A DNA stretch of 64,000 nt, from assembly GCA_037915935.1 (NCBI GenBank), contig JBAIYK010000040.1, positions 410 through 64,409 on the forward strand, written 5' to 3'. Source of the DNA: Solirubrobacterales bacterium (GTDB lineage: Bacteria; Actinomycetota; Thermoleophilia; Solirubrobacterales; Solirubrobacteraceae). Of the stretch, positions 12,470 through 23,041 are shown in pieces (positions within the stretch are counted from its first letter, which is position 1; every line of letters starts with the position of its first letter). Under the pieces are notes generated by a model. It saw only the letters and a list, made by a program, of their open reading frames with translations. It made no database searches and was not told the DNA's origin. Position numbers and translations under genes: made by a program.

Positions 12470-12508
12470 GTCGAAGCCTCCCAGCCGCCTGGCTTAGGCA
12501 CCGCCGCA

Positions 12509-12535
12509 GCATAACATGTGAATAGGAATCAGTCT
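12509..12535 (-). promoter_or_regulatory. AT-rich patch with imperfect palindrome TGAATAGGAATCA; candidate Fur/Zur box
   Basis: The only AT-rich stretch in a GC-rich intergenic region, 50-62 nt upstream of the SBP start. The TGA-N7-TCA symmetry is imperfect. Confidence 0.3.
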
Positions 12536-12612
12536 CGATCCCACGGTCATCTTGGCGCCTCCCGCCCGGAGTCGCGGACGTGCCTCACTCGTGACCGGAC
12601 GTGCGTCGCTTG

Positions 12613-13017
12613 CTATTTCGCGGCGACGTCGAAGAGCTCGATCGTCGCGTGTTGGCCGCTCGCGGAGGCAAGGCGCGCGTCGCACGTGATCAGCGGCACG
12701 GCAAGGAGCGCAGCGAGTGCGACGAAGGCGGCATCGTATGCGCTGAGGTTGTGGCGCAGCTTCCAAATGCGGTCGGCCAGCGGCGCGTGAGGGTACCGGA
12801 CGAGCGCGAGCTCGGCAAAGTCGCTGCGAGCGTCCGCCGCGCGCTCGGCGGTGATCTCGCTTCTGATCGTCATGCCGCGTAGAGCGTGGAGAACCTCGAC
12901 GTCGATGAGGTGCGGGGCGTTGAGGTCGCCGTCGTCGGCGAGGCGCTCGATCAGTCCCGGCGCGGGGTCTCGCGCTGCGAGAGCCTCGAGCACCGCGGAA
13001 GTGTCGACGACGAGCAC
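12613..13017 (-). CDS. vapC: PIN-domain toxin VapC
   Basis: 134 aa starting MLVVDTSAV (first acidic residue), with further conserved acidic positions. It lies 4 nt downstream of a small RHH gene. Confidence 0.85.
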   Translation of the reverse strand: MLVVDTSAVLEALAARDPAPGLIERLADDGDLNAPHLIDVEVLHALRGMTIRSEITAERAADARSDFAELALVRYPHAPLADRIWKLRHNLSAYDAAFVALAALLAVPLITCDARLASASGQHATIELFDVAAK

Positions 13018-13021
13018 GTCC

Positions 13022-13249
13022 TCAGTCGCGGTCTCGTCCCGTGCGGATCGCGCTTACGATCGCGGCGCTGTCCGCGCCCCCGGCTCGTGCTTGCGCCCTT
13101 GCGAGCAGCTCTGCGACGGGCGGCCTGCACGCGACGCGCTCCAGCTCGCCGAGCGCGTAGTCCGAGAGCGAGACGCCCGCGGCCACTGCGCGAGTCCGCA
13201 GGACACGATGGACCTCGTCGGGGACATTGCGCACCTGGATCGTCTTCAT
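13022..13249 (-). CDS. vapB: Ribbon-helix-helix antitoxin (VapB / FitA-like)
   Basis: Inner ATG gives MKTIQVRNVPDEVHRVLRTRAVAAGVSLSDY, a typical Arc/RHH antitoxin N-terminus. Confidence 0.7.
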   Translation of the reverse strand: MKTIQVRNVPDEVHRVLRTRAVAAGVSLSDYALGELERVACRPPVAELLARAQARAGGADSAAIVSAIRTGRDRD

Positions 13250-13450
13250 CTCCGGCGAGCGTACCAGATCGCATGTGCGACACCCAATCTGCACCCAAGA
13301 TGGGCCCAATATCACTTCGGTTCCTGATCGGCCGCGATCTCACTCCGGATCGGCCGGAGCGAAGTCGACCGCGATCCGCGTCCTGGGCACTCCTCGTCAG
13401 TGGGTCGGCGAACCTGTCGGCGGAGGGCCAGGTTAGGATCTCGGCCACCG

Positions 13451-13915
13451 ATGATCGAGCAGGGAGAGCAGGCGCCCGACTTCGAGCTGCCCAACCAGGA
13501 CGGCGAGACGGTGAGGCTCTCCGAGCTGCGCGGCAAACCGGTCGTCGTCTACTTCTATCCGAAGGCTGCAACCCCCGGATGCACCGTGCAGGCCTGCGGC
13601 GTGCGCGACCATCGGGCCGACTACGAGCAGGCAGGCGCGACCGTGCTCGGCGTCTCGCCGGACCCAGTCCGCAGGATCAAGAAGTTCGCGGACGACGAGA
13701 GCCTCGGCTTCCTGCTGCTCGCCGACGAGGACCACATGGTCGCCGAGCGCTACGGCGTCTGGGTGCAGAAGTCGATGTACGGGCGCACCTACTGGGGCGT
13801 GCAGCGCGCGACGTTCGTGATCGACGCGGCCGGCAAGGTTGCCCACGTGATCCCGAAGGTCTCGCCGAAGACCCACGACGAGCAGGTGCTGAAGGCGCTC
13901 GCGAAGGTCGCTTAG
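13451..13915 (+). CDS. bcp: Thiol peroxidase Bcp (peroxiredoxin Q)
   Basis: Inner ATG of ORF 13400..13915. YFYPKAATPGCTVQAC carries the peroxidatic and resolving Cys of the Bcp/PrxQ family. Confidence 0.9.
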   Translation: MIEQGEQAPDFELPNQDGETVRLSELRGKPVVVYFYPKAATPGCTVQACGVRDHRADYEQAGATVLGVSPDPVRRIKKFADDESLGFLLLADEDHMVAERYGVWVQKSMYGRTYWGVQRATFVIDAAGKVAHVIPKVSPKTHDEQVLKALAKVA

Positions 13916-13964
13916 TGCGCAGATCGCGCGCCCAGCAGGCGCCTGCGGGGTAAAGTCGTCGGGG

Positions 13965-15878
13965 ATGCGTCGGTCCCCGCAGCAGGTCGGCGTAACCGGC
14001 GCGATCGCGCCGCGGGGAAGCGCGCCTGACGTCCGGCGCTTGCCTGAAGCGAGGACTCCGCCTCGGTCACCGCCCTCGCCTCGAGAGCGCTCGCCCGAAG
14101 CGCGGCTCTCACCATCGGTCCCACCTGATGCACGGCTCCCGACGCCGCTCTCGCCGGCTGGCGCGGCGCTCGCCTCGGCGCCTCCCGTGGCGGCCCACCT
14201 CGTCGCGGCGGCCCACCTCGTCTCACTCGCGCGCGCGAGGCTGAGGCGAGGCTCCTATCGCGAGGCGCTGCTCGCGGCGGCGCTCGCGGCCGCGAGCGCC
14301 GCGCTGTTGAGGGTGATCGTGCCGTTCGGCATCGACGGCGCCGCGCACGCCTACCAGACGCTTCGCTTCCTGCGCTCAGGGTTCTCGTTCTGGGACAACT
14401 ACTGGTACGACGGGCGCTACTCGCTCGTCGACTACTCGTTGCTCTACTACCCGATCGCGGGGCTGATCGGGCGCTTCGCGACCGTCGCTCTGACGCTCGC
14501 GGCGAGCGGCTTCCTGTTCGCGCGGCTGGTCTCGCGGCGCTTCGGCGCCGCCTCGCGATGGCCTTCGCGCCTGTTCGCGGCCGCCGCCGCAGGGTGCATC
14601 TGGGTGAGCGGCGAGTACCCGTTCGCGCTCGGCATGGCGCTTGGGCTCGCGGCGCTGACGCTCGCCCGCCACCGCAGGCTGCCGCTCGCGACCCTCGCGG
14701 CGCTTGCGACGCTGCTCGCTAGCCCGCTCGCGTTCCTGCTGTTGCTGATGGCGTTCGCGGGCATCGCGCTCGGGGCCGGCAGCGCGAGCCGCGTGGCGAG
14801 GCTGCTGCTGCGGCGCGTCGACCTGATCGTCGGACTCGGGCTCTGCGGCGTCGTCGCGGCGGCGATGCAGTTCGACTTTCCCGTCACCGGCGCCTTCCAC
14901 TTCAGCTTCTGGGCGCTCTTCCAGGTGCTCGCGATGGGCGTGATCGCGCTTCTCACCTCGATCGGCCTGCGCGGCGTCGGCGTGATCCGCAGCCTGTTCG
15001 TCGCGATGGCGATCGCCGCGATCGCGGCCTACCTCGTGCCCTCGCCGCTCGGCGGCAACGCGACGCGTCTCGTCGACTACGTCGGCGCGCCGCTGATCTG
15101 GATCCTCGCCGCGCGCCAGCGCGCGGAGCGCCGCGCCCCGCGGGCGCTCGTCGCGGCCGTCTGCGCGCTCGTGCTCGGCGGCCAGCTCGCGCCGACGCTC
15201 GTGAGCGCCGGTCTCGCGCTCGACCCGCGCGCCGAAAGCCCGCGGTTCTGGCGGGGCGCGATCGCCTTCCTGCACGCGCATTCGAGCACCGCCTTCCGCG
15301 TCGAGGCGCTCGACACCGCGGGCCACTGGGAGGCCTACTACCTGCCGGCGGCCGGAATTCCGATCGTGCGGGGCTGGTTTCGGCAGGACGACTTCCCGCA
15401 CGACGCGCTGCTCTACGGCAGCTCGCTGCAGGGATCCGCCTACCGCGCTTGGCTGCGAGAGAACGCCGTCGACTACGTGCTGCTGCCGCACGACGCGCTC
15501 GACTACAGCTCGATCTCCGAGGCTCGCCTGCTGCAAGCGGGCCGCTCAGGGCTTCGCACCGTCTACCGCGACCGCTTCACGACGATCTTCGCGCTCGCCG
15601 ATCCGATGCCGCTGCTGCGCGCGCCCACGGGCCGCAGCGCGCGCTTGATCAGCGTCGGCCACGCATCGCTGACGCTGAGCGTAAGCGGCGCGGGGCGCTA
15701 TCCGCTTGCGGTGAACTACACGCCCTACTGGCAGCTGCGTCCACGCTCAGTCGGCTGCATCTCCCCAATGCCGAACGGGTTCAGCGCGATCGTCGCCTCG
15801 CACGCAGGGACGTTCACCGTGCGCTTCGAACCGACCCTCGATCTGCTGCTGCCAGGAGCGGCGCCCGCCTGCGGATGA
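13965..15878 (+). CDS. Large polytopic membrane protein, possibly a GT-C-type glycosyltransferase; start uncertain
   Basis: 637-aa ORF. The first 80 aa or so are Pro/Arg/Ser-rich, followed by more than 10 hydrophobic segments and a soluble C-terminal domain (FRVEALDTAGHWEAYYLPAAGIPIVRGWFRQDDF). No family assigned with certainty. Confidence 0.5.
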   Translation: MRRSPQQVGVTGAIAPRGSAPDVRRLPEARTPPRSPPSPRERSPEARLSPSVPPDARLPTPLSPAGAALASAPPVAAHLVAAAHLVSLARARLRRGSYREALLAAALAAASAALLRVIVPFGIDGAAHAYQTLRFLRSGFSFWDNYWYDGRYSLVDYSLLYYPIAGLIGRFATVALTLAASGFLFARLVSRRFGAASRWPSRLFAAAAAGCIWVSGEYPFALGMALGLAALTLARHRRLPLATLAALATLLASPLAFLLLLMAFAGIALGAGSASRVARLLLRRVDLIVGLGLCGVVAAAMQFDFPVTGAFHFSFWALFQVLAMGVIALLTSIGLRGVGVIRSLFVAMAIAAIAAYLVPSPLGGNATRLVDYVGAPLIWILAARQRAERRAPRALVAAVCALVLGGQLAPTLVSAGLALDPRAESPRFWRGAIAFLHAHSSTAFRVEALDTAGHWEAYYLPAAGIPIVRGWFRQDDFPHDALLYGSSLQGSAYRAWLRENAVDYVLLPHDALDYSSISEARLLQAGRSGLRTVYRDRFTTIFALADPMPLLRAPTGRSARLISVGHASLTLSVSGAGRYPLAVNYTPYWQLRPRSVGCISPMPNGFSAIVASHAGTFTVRFEPTLDLLLPGAAPACG

Positions 15879-16011
15879 GCAGGAGGCGACGGCGGCTCGC
15901 GATCGGCGCCGGACGCGTCTATGATGCGCGCGCTTTGAGGGTAACGTGGGTGCTCTGCCCTTCGGGGGCGACGGCGATCCACGCACACCGATCCAAGAAG
16001 GGAGAGCTGTG

Positions 16012-16158
16012 ATGCAGACGGCGACGCTCGAGAGCCTCGACCACGAATTCGAAGAGGAGGACTGGGAAGAGGACGACGAGGAGCTTCCTGGCACCGACGA
16101 AGAGGAGCTCGACTTCGACGAGCTCGAAGAAGAGGAAGCCGACGCCGAGGATCTATAG
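16012..16158 (+). CDS. Small, extremely acidic protein (48 aa)
   Basis: ATG preceded by GGGAGAG. Sequence: MQTATLESLDHEFEEEDWEEDDEELPGTDEEELDFDELEEEEADAEDL. Supported by coding potential only. Confidence 0.35.
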   Translation: MQTATLESLDHEFEEEDWEEDDEELPGTDEEELDFDELEEEEADAEDL

Positions 16159-16185
16159 GTCGGCCTTCGGCCTTCGTGCCGCCTG

Positions 16186-16300
16186 CTGTGAAGGTCCGCC
16201 CGCGCCTCGCACGGCCTACTGAAGGCTCTCCTGAAGGCCGCCCTCGCCTTGCGCGTCCCACTGAAGGCCGCCTGCGCGTAGCGCGGCCTACTGAAGGCCC
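16186..16300. repeat. Degenerate 30-bp tandem repeat (CTGAAGGCC core at 16231, 16261, 16291; variants at 16189 and 16219)
   Basis: Read directly. The core recurs at an exact 30-nt period and overlaps the 3-prime end of the minus-strand gene 16288..16560. Confidence 0.8.
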
Positions 16301-16560
16301 TCGCGCGCCTCGCGCACGAGCGTGACGGCCTCTGGGAACACGACCGCGATCACCGAACGGATCTGTTCCGCCTGTGCCTCGGCGTTTCCCTGGAGGTTGA
16401 CGCGGTTCACCGCTGCGACGGTCATGTCGACCGCGAGCTTGATCGCGTTGTCCGCCCAGGCGAGCCGCTGCTGGCCCTGCATCTGCTCAGCGAACTCGGC
16501 AAGGCGCCGCTGAAGCTCCTCAGGGTCTCCGAACAGGTCGCCGAGGCCGCCGCTCTCCAT
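16288..16560 (-). CDS. Hypothetical helical protein (90 aa)
   Basis: Inner ATG (MESGGLGDLFGDPEELQRRLAEFAEQMQ...). No recognisable family. Ends ...REAREGLQ-TAG. Confidence 0.45.
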   Translation of the reverse strand: MESGGLGDLFGDPEELQRRLAEFAEQMQGQQRLAWADNAIKLAVDMTVAAVNRVNLQGNAEAQAEQIRSVIAVVFPEAVTLVREAREGLQ

Positions 16561-16585
16561 GCCGCCATCATAGACTCTGGGTCGC

Positions 16586-17662
16586 ATGCCCCTGCAAGGC
16601 AAGAGCGATACGCAGTCGCGCAACGGACGGAGCGGCGAGGTCGCCGAGCAGCTCGCCTGGGAGGGGGGGCGCCGCGCCCAGCTCGGCGTGCCCGCAATCG
16701 CGGGAGGCTTCCTCTACCTGATCGGCGCGGTGATCATCGGCTCGGCCCTGAGCAAAGCGCCGACCGTCGGGCTGCTGCAGGCGATATCGCCCGCGCTGAA
16801 GGGCGAAGGGACGCCGAGGGAAAGCCCTCGTGTCGCGGAGGTGCGCTACATCAGCCACCACGCGTTCGCGTTGATCGCCGGCAGCGCGCTGACGACGCTC
16901 GCCCTGCTCGCGCTCACCGCCGTGCTCGTCCTGCTCGTGCGCGCGACGCGGTTCAGGCGACCTGAGTCCTGGCAGGCGACGGGTTCGCTCGTGCTGATCG
17001 GCGGGATCGGCTTCGCGGCGGTCGCGATCGGCCACTGGGTCGTCACGGCGATCCTCGCGCATGACTTCGCGACTGGCCACGACTTCAGCAATCGCGCCGT
17101 CGACAGGGCGCTGAGCACGAGCACGGCAAAAGTCGTGATCGACTACATCTCGCTGCTCGCCGGCCTCTCGCTCCTCGTCGGCATGATCTCCGCCTCGCTC
17201 GGCGCGATGCGCGCCGGCCTGCTCACGAGGTGGATGAACGTCCTCGGAATCTTCGCGGCGCTCCTCATCGTCCTGCCGATCGGCGGCGAGACGCTGACCG
17301 TGATTCCCGCGTTCTGGCTCGCGGCGATGGGCCTGCTCTACATGGGCCGCTGGCCCGGACAGGAGCCGCCCGCCTGGGCGGCCGGCGAGGCGCGGCCGTG
17401 GCCGAGCCAGGCGGAGCTGAGGGCGCAGCAGCGGGCTGCGGCGGCAGATGGCGCCTCAGCGGCTTCCGGCGGCGGACCGGCGTCTGGCGGCGACTCGGCG
17501 TCCGGCGGCGAAGCGGACGATGGCGAGCAGAAGCAGCTCGCAGGCGTCGAGGAGGAACAGCCCGCCACGGCCGAGAACGGCGCCGTTGTCGCGCCGGCGG
17601 AGAGCCTCGTGCCCACTCCGAGCAGATCGCGCCGGCGGCGCAAGCGCGGCTCTCGGCGCTAG
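16586..17662 (+). CDS. Hypothetical polytopic membrane protein with low-complexity Ala/Gly/Ser C-terminal tail
   Basis: 358-aa ORF with about 6 hydrophobic segments. No family recognised. Confidence 0.5.
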   Translation: MPLQGKSDTQSRNGRSGEVAEQLAWEGGRRAQLGVPAIAGGFLYLIGAVIIGSALSKAPTVGLLQAISPALKGEGTPRESPRVAEVRYISHHAFALIAGSALTTLALLALTAVLVLLVRATRFRRPESWQATGSLVLIGGIGFAAVAIGHWVVTAILAHDFATGHDFSNRAVDRALSTSTAKVVIDYISLLAGLSLLVGMISASLGAMRAGLLTRWMNVLGIFAALLIVLPIGGETLTVIPAFWLAAMGLLYMGRWPGQEPPAWAAGEARPWPSQAELRAQQRAAAADGASAASGGGPASGGDSASGGEADDGEQKQLAGVEEEQPATAENGAVVAPAESLVPTPSRSRRRRKRGSRR

Positions 17663-17910
17663 GCCATCGCCGAGCTGTTCGCGACGACATGCGTCGCTGA
17701 GGGCGGGTCGCTGTGCGTAGTTCCGCGCAGGCGATCTGCACGTCCGCCCGATGAATGCGAACCCGTCAGCGGGGAATAATCGCAGTGGAATATGTGTGTA
17801 TCGCTACAAGCGATCTACGAAGCGGCCGCCGCTGCAGGCGGATGCCGCCCGCGTTCCATCGCAAGCATCTCTACGGCCGGGCGACGCAGCACGGCCTGAA
17901 GGAGGGTTCC

Positions 17911-18642
17911 ATGGAGGCTGCATCGATCCATCCTCATCCCGCTCAGGGCGAAGCGATCCGCAGGACGCCCGCCGAGCCGGGGCCCGGAGAGCCGCTGAGA
18001 GCGGCGGTCTGGAAGCCGGCCGACCCCGCTCCGCTCGGCCTCGCAGGCTTCGCGATGACGACGTTCGTGCTCTCGATGTTCAACGCGAACCTCGTCGACA
18101 TCAAGGGCCTGCCGGTCGTGCTCGGCCTGACGCTCGCCTACGGCGGCCTTGCGCAGCTGCTCGCGGGCATGTGGGAGTTCCGCACGGGCAACACCTTCGG
18201 CGCGGTCGCGTTCACGTCCTATGGCGCGTTCTGGCTCTCGTTCTGGGCGCTGGAGGTGTTCTACGCGAAAAGCATCGGCGGCAACGTCGGCCACGCAATC
18301 GGCCTGTATCTGTGGGCGTGGGCGATCTTCACCGCCTACATGACGGTCGCCTCCCTGAAAGTGAGCGCCGCCGTCGCGCTCGTGTTCGTGCTGCTGACCG
18401 CGACGTACATCCTGCTCGCGATCGGCGCGACCGGCGGGCACGAAACCGTCACGCACTGGGGCGGCTACATCGGCATCGCGACCGCCGCCGCCGCCTGGTA
18501 CGCGTCGTTTGCCGCGGTGACGAACGCGACCTTCGGCAGGACGATCCTGCCGACGATCCCGCTGCAGGCCGGGGTGGTGCGCGAAGCCGGCCCAGCACGC
18601 GAAGCCGGCCCAGCACGCGAAGCCGGCCCGGCGCGCCGTTGA
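17911..18642 (+). CDS. GPR1/FUN34/YaaH-family acetate/succinate transporter (SatP-like)
   Basis: ATG after GAAGGAGGG. NPAPLGLAGFAMTTFVLS and GNTFGAVAFTSYGAFWLSFW match the family signature. It sits directly upstream of acs. Confidence 0.85.
   Translation: MEAASIHPHPAQGEAIRRTPAEPGPGEPLRAAVWKPADPAPLGLAGFAMTTFVLSMFNANLVDIKGLPVVLGLTLAYGGLAQLLAGMWEFRTGNTFGAVAFTSYGAFWLSFWALEVFYAKSIGGNVGHAIGLYLWAWAIFTAYMTVASLKVSAAVALVFVLLTATYILLAIGATGGHETVTHWGGYIGIATAAAAWYASFAAVTNATFGRTILPTIPLQAGVVREAGPAREAGPAREAGPARR
18581..18634 (+). repeat. 18-bp tandem repeat x3 (GCGAAGCCGGCCCAGCAC) encoding (REAGPA)3 at the SatP C-terminus
   Basis: Copies at 18581-18598, 18599-16 and 18617-34. The third copy has 2 mismatches. 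Confidence 0.9.
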
Positions 18643-18807
18643 GGAGGAGCTTCCCGACGGCCGGGAGAGTCGCGGAGGGCGTGGCCGGTGAAGGCGAGGC
18701 CGCGCCCCCGCGGCGTGTCCGCGGCCAGCGAATGTGCGGAAGCGAGGGGATGTTGCATGATGTGGGCGTGAGGAGCGCCCGGGCTTTCCAATCGAATGAG
18801 GTGAAGG

Positions 18808-20802
<1,995 letters not shown>

Positions 20803-20851
20803 GCGTAGGCGCATGTCGCGGGCCGGCGCTCGCTGGTCGGCTCGCGGCTCC

Positions 20852-21721
20852 CTAGACCTTGCGATGCTGGGCAATCCAGGACCCGTCGGCCTCGCGGCTG
20901 AAGTCCTGGAAGAGCCCTGGCGCCTCGGCGAGCATGATCTCCGCGACCTCGTCGAAGACGAGCCGCAGCTCCTCCTCGGCGCCGGCCGCGGTGCGCATCT
21001 CGATCACGTGCCGCAGCGTCCTGACGTTTGCGGTCCAGACGATGTCCGTCGAGAGGCCGATCGGCGCGAGCCGGCGCAGCGCGGAGGTGACCTCCTTCTT
21101 GACGTGGAAGGGCACGCCCTCCTCCTCGATGCCAAGCTCGCTCGCCGCCTCCCGCTGGAACTCCTCGAGCTGCTCCACGATCGAGAGCACGCGTTGGCGC
21201 AGGGGCTCTAGCGCCGGGGGCACGCGGAAGCCGATGTCCGTGAGCCTCACGTAGCGCAGGCTCTCCTGGCTGAACGCGGAGCCGGCCCTGTGCCTCACGA
21301 GCTCGTGGGTGAAAGTCCGTGAGACGTTGCGCAGCGCGAACGAGTAGTTCGCGTGCTCGAGCACGCTGCCGTGGGCGCTTCTCAGGATGTTCGCGAAGTA
21401 CTCGTGCTGGTCGGTCCTGATCTTCGTGACGTTCGGATTGAGGCCCGGCTCCCAGCTGCGGTAGCAGGCTCTGCCGGCGAACTCGACGAGCAGCTCGCCC
21501 GAGTTGACCTCCTGCGCCCGAGTCGCTCCCGACGTATGAGCCTCGGCTGGTGCTCGCCCCTTGCGCTGCGTCTCAGCCTCGGCTTGCGCCTCGACCCGGC
21601 CCGCCTCGGTGCGCATCCTCAGCCAGGACTCGCCGCCGACGTCGGTGAGGTAGGCGCGCAGACCGTCGAGGTCGACCGCGGGGCGGGCGATGAGGAAGAC
21701 GGATGGCTTTGTCTCGTGCAT
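20852..21721 (-). CDS. thyX: FAD-dependent thymidylate synthase ThyX
   Basis: ThyX motif HELVRHRAGSAFSQESLRY (RHRxxxxxxxS) plus LVEFAGRACY. Confidence 0.9.
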   Translation of the reverse strand: MHETKPSVFLIARPAVDLDGLRAYLTDVGGESWLRMRTEAGRVEAQAEAETQRKGRAPAEAHTSGATRAQEVNSGELLVEFAGRACYRSWEPGLNPNVTKIRTDQHEYFANILRSAHGSVLEHANYSFALRNVSRTFTHELVRHRAGSAFSQESLRYVRLTDIGFRVPPALEPLRQRVLSIVEQLEEFQREAASELGIEEEGVPFHVKKEVTSALRRLAPIGLSTDIVWTANVRTLRHVIEMRTAAGAEEELRLVFDEVAEIMLAEAPGLFQDFSREADGSWIAQHRKV

Positions 21722-21736
21722 CGCGGGTCGCGGATG

Positions 21737-22912
21737 CTAGGGCGGCGCCCGGACGGCGTGCGGCCAGTGTCGTCCGGCGGCGATCCAGAGCTCGAACAGC
21801 GGGTCTACGAGCACGCCGCGGAACGGCCGGCCGTGGTCGCGCAACAGCACGGCCTCGCGCTCCAGTGTCTCGACAGCGCCCTGAACTGCGTCCTTGGTCT
21901 CGTTGTAACGGGCGAGGACGGCGACGGAGAATGGTGAGCCCTCGCGGCGGGCGACGACCTCGGCGACCTTCTGCTGGATCGGGGTGAGCGCATCCCAGCG
22001 AGCATGCATCTCCTCCTCGGTCACATAGCCGGGTAGGCGCGCCAACGCCCGCTCCCAGGCGGCGGCATCGGCGGCTTGGCTCTCCGGCAGCTCCTCCCAC
22101 AGCGCGTGCGCGAGGATCATCGCTGCGCGCGGGTGCCCGCGCGCGAGGTCGAGCAGCGGCTGCAACGCCTCTCCGACATCCCGGTTGCTCGCGGCGAAGC
22201 GGGTCTCGATGTAGCTGCCGAGCGCCGCGCGGGGCAGGGGGATGAGGCTCATCGGGTCGGCTTGGCGGTAGAAGGGGCTGTCGGGGTGCTCGAACAGCTC
22301 GCCGAGCAGGGTGGGCAGTGAGCCGCAGAACAGGTAGCCGACGCTGCTGCCGTGGCGCTGTGTGACGCTGCGGATCACCGCGTCCAGTCCCCCAGGTCGC
22401 GGCCGGCCACGGCGGTCGCGCTCGGCGCCGCCGGCGCGCAGCACCTCCTGGAACTCGTCGTAACAAACGATCACTGGCCCTGTGGTGGCGAGCTGTCCGG
22501 GGAGGTCGAGCGCGTCGAGCAGGCGCCGCTCGGCGTCCTCCGGGCCGAGCTGCGCGCCGCCGAGCCCCGCGGGAAGTTGCATCCCGCCGCCGCGACGCGC
22601 AAGCTTCGCCTTCGCCTTCGCCCAAGCGCCGCTCGCTCCGCTCAGCTCGCGCTCGAACGCCTCCTCGATCCGGCTGCACAGCGTCATCCGGCTCGTCACC
22701 CCGTACAGGTCGACCCGCACAGCGAGTGCCCCGTCCTCGCGCGCCCGTGCGAGCGCGGCCTCGGCGAGAGTCGTCTTGCCGTAGCCGCGGGGCGCCGCGA
22801 GGCGCACGCGGCCGCCTTCCGCCATCCGCCGGGCCAGCAGCGTCAGCTCCTCCTCGCGGTCGATCAGCTCAGAGACGGTTGCGTGGAAGCGGTGGGTGAA
22901 CGGGTTCCGCAT
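21737..22912 (-). CDS. P-loop ATPase of the Arch_ATPase (PF01637-like) type
   Basis: N-terminus FTHRFHATVSELIDREEEL followed by Walker A APRGYGKTTL and Walker B-like VIVCYDEFQ. 391 aa. Confidence 0.7.
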   Translation of the reverse strand: MRNPFTHRFHATVSELIDREEELTLLARRMAEGGRVRLAAPRGYGKTTLAEAALARAREDGALAVRVDLYGVTSRMTLCSRIEEAFERELSGASGAWAKAKAKLARRGGGMQLPAGLGGAQLGPEDAERRLLDALDLPGQLATTGPVIVCYDEFQEVLRAGGAERDRRGRPRPGGLDAVIRSVTQRHGSSVGYLFCGSLPTLLGELFEHPDSPFYRQADPMSLIPLPRAALGSYIETRFAASNRDVGEALQPLLDLARGHPRAAMILAHALWEELPESQAADAAAWERALARLPGYVTEEEMHARWDALTPIQQKVAEVVARREGSPFSVAVLARYNETKDAVQGAVETLEREAVLLRDHGRPFRGVLVDPLFELWIAAGRHWPHAVRAPP

Positions 22913-22914
22913 CA

Positions 22915-22954
22915 GTAGGCTACAAGACTACCAGAAGGTAGGGATCTAGCCTAC
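22915..22954 (-). promoter_or_regulatory. 40-nt interrupted inverted repeat abutting the ATPase start codon
   Basis: GTAGGCTA-CAAGA-CTACC AGAA GGTAG-GGATC-TAGCCTAC: stems of 8 and 5 bp around a 5x5 internal loop. Starts 3 nt upstream of the ATG at 22912. No Shine-Dalgarno is visible. Confidence 0.45.
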
Positions 22955-23041
22955 AAGCATGGGGCTCGCCTCGATCGCCTTCCTGTCCGCGCCGCTGTAG
23001 CGCTTGCGGACGACGGGTGAGCTTTCGAGCCCCGAACGCGA

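Noticed and set aside
16186-16300. 30-bp periodic repeats as a CRISPR array
   Set aside because: The units are contiguous, degenerate and lack unique spacers. They are in-frame copies of a gene terminus.
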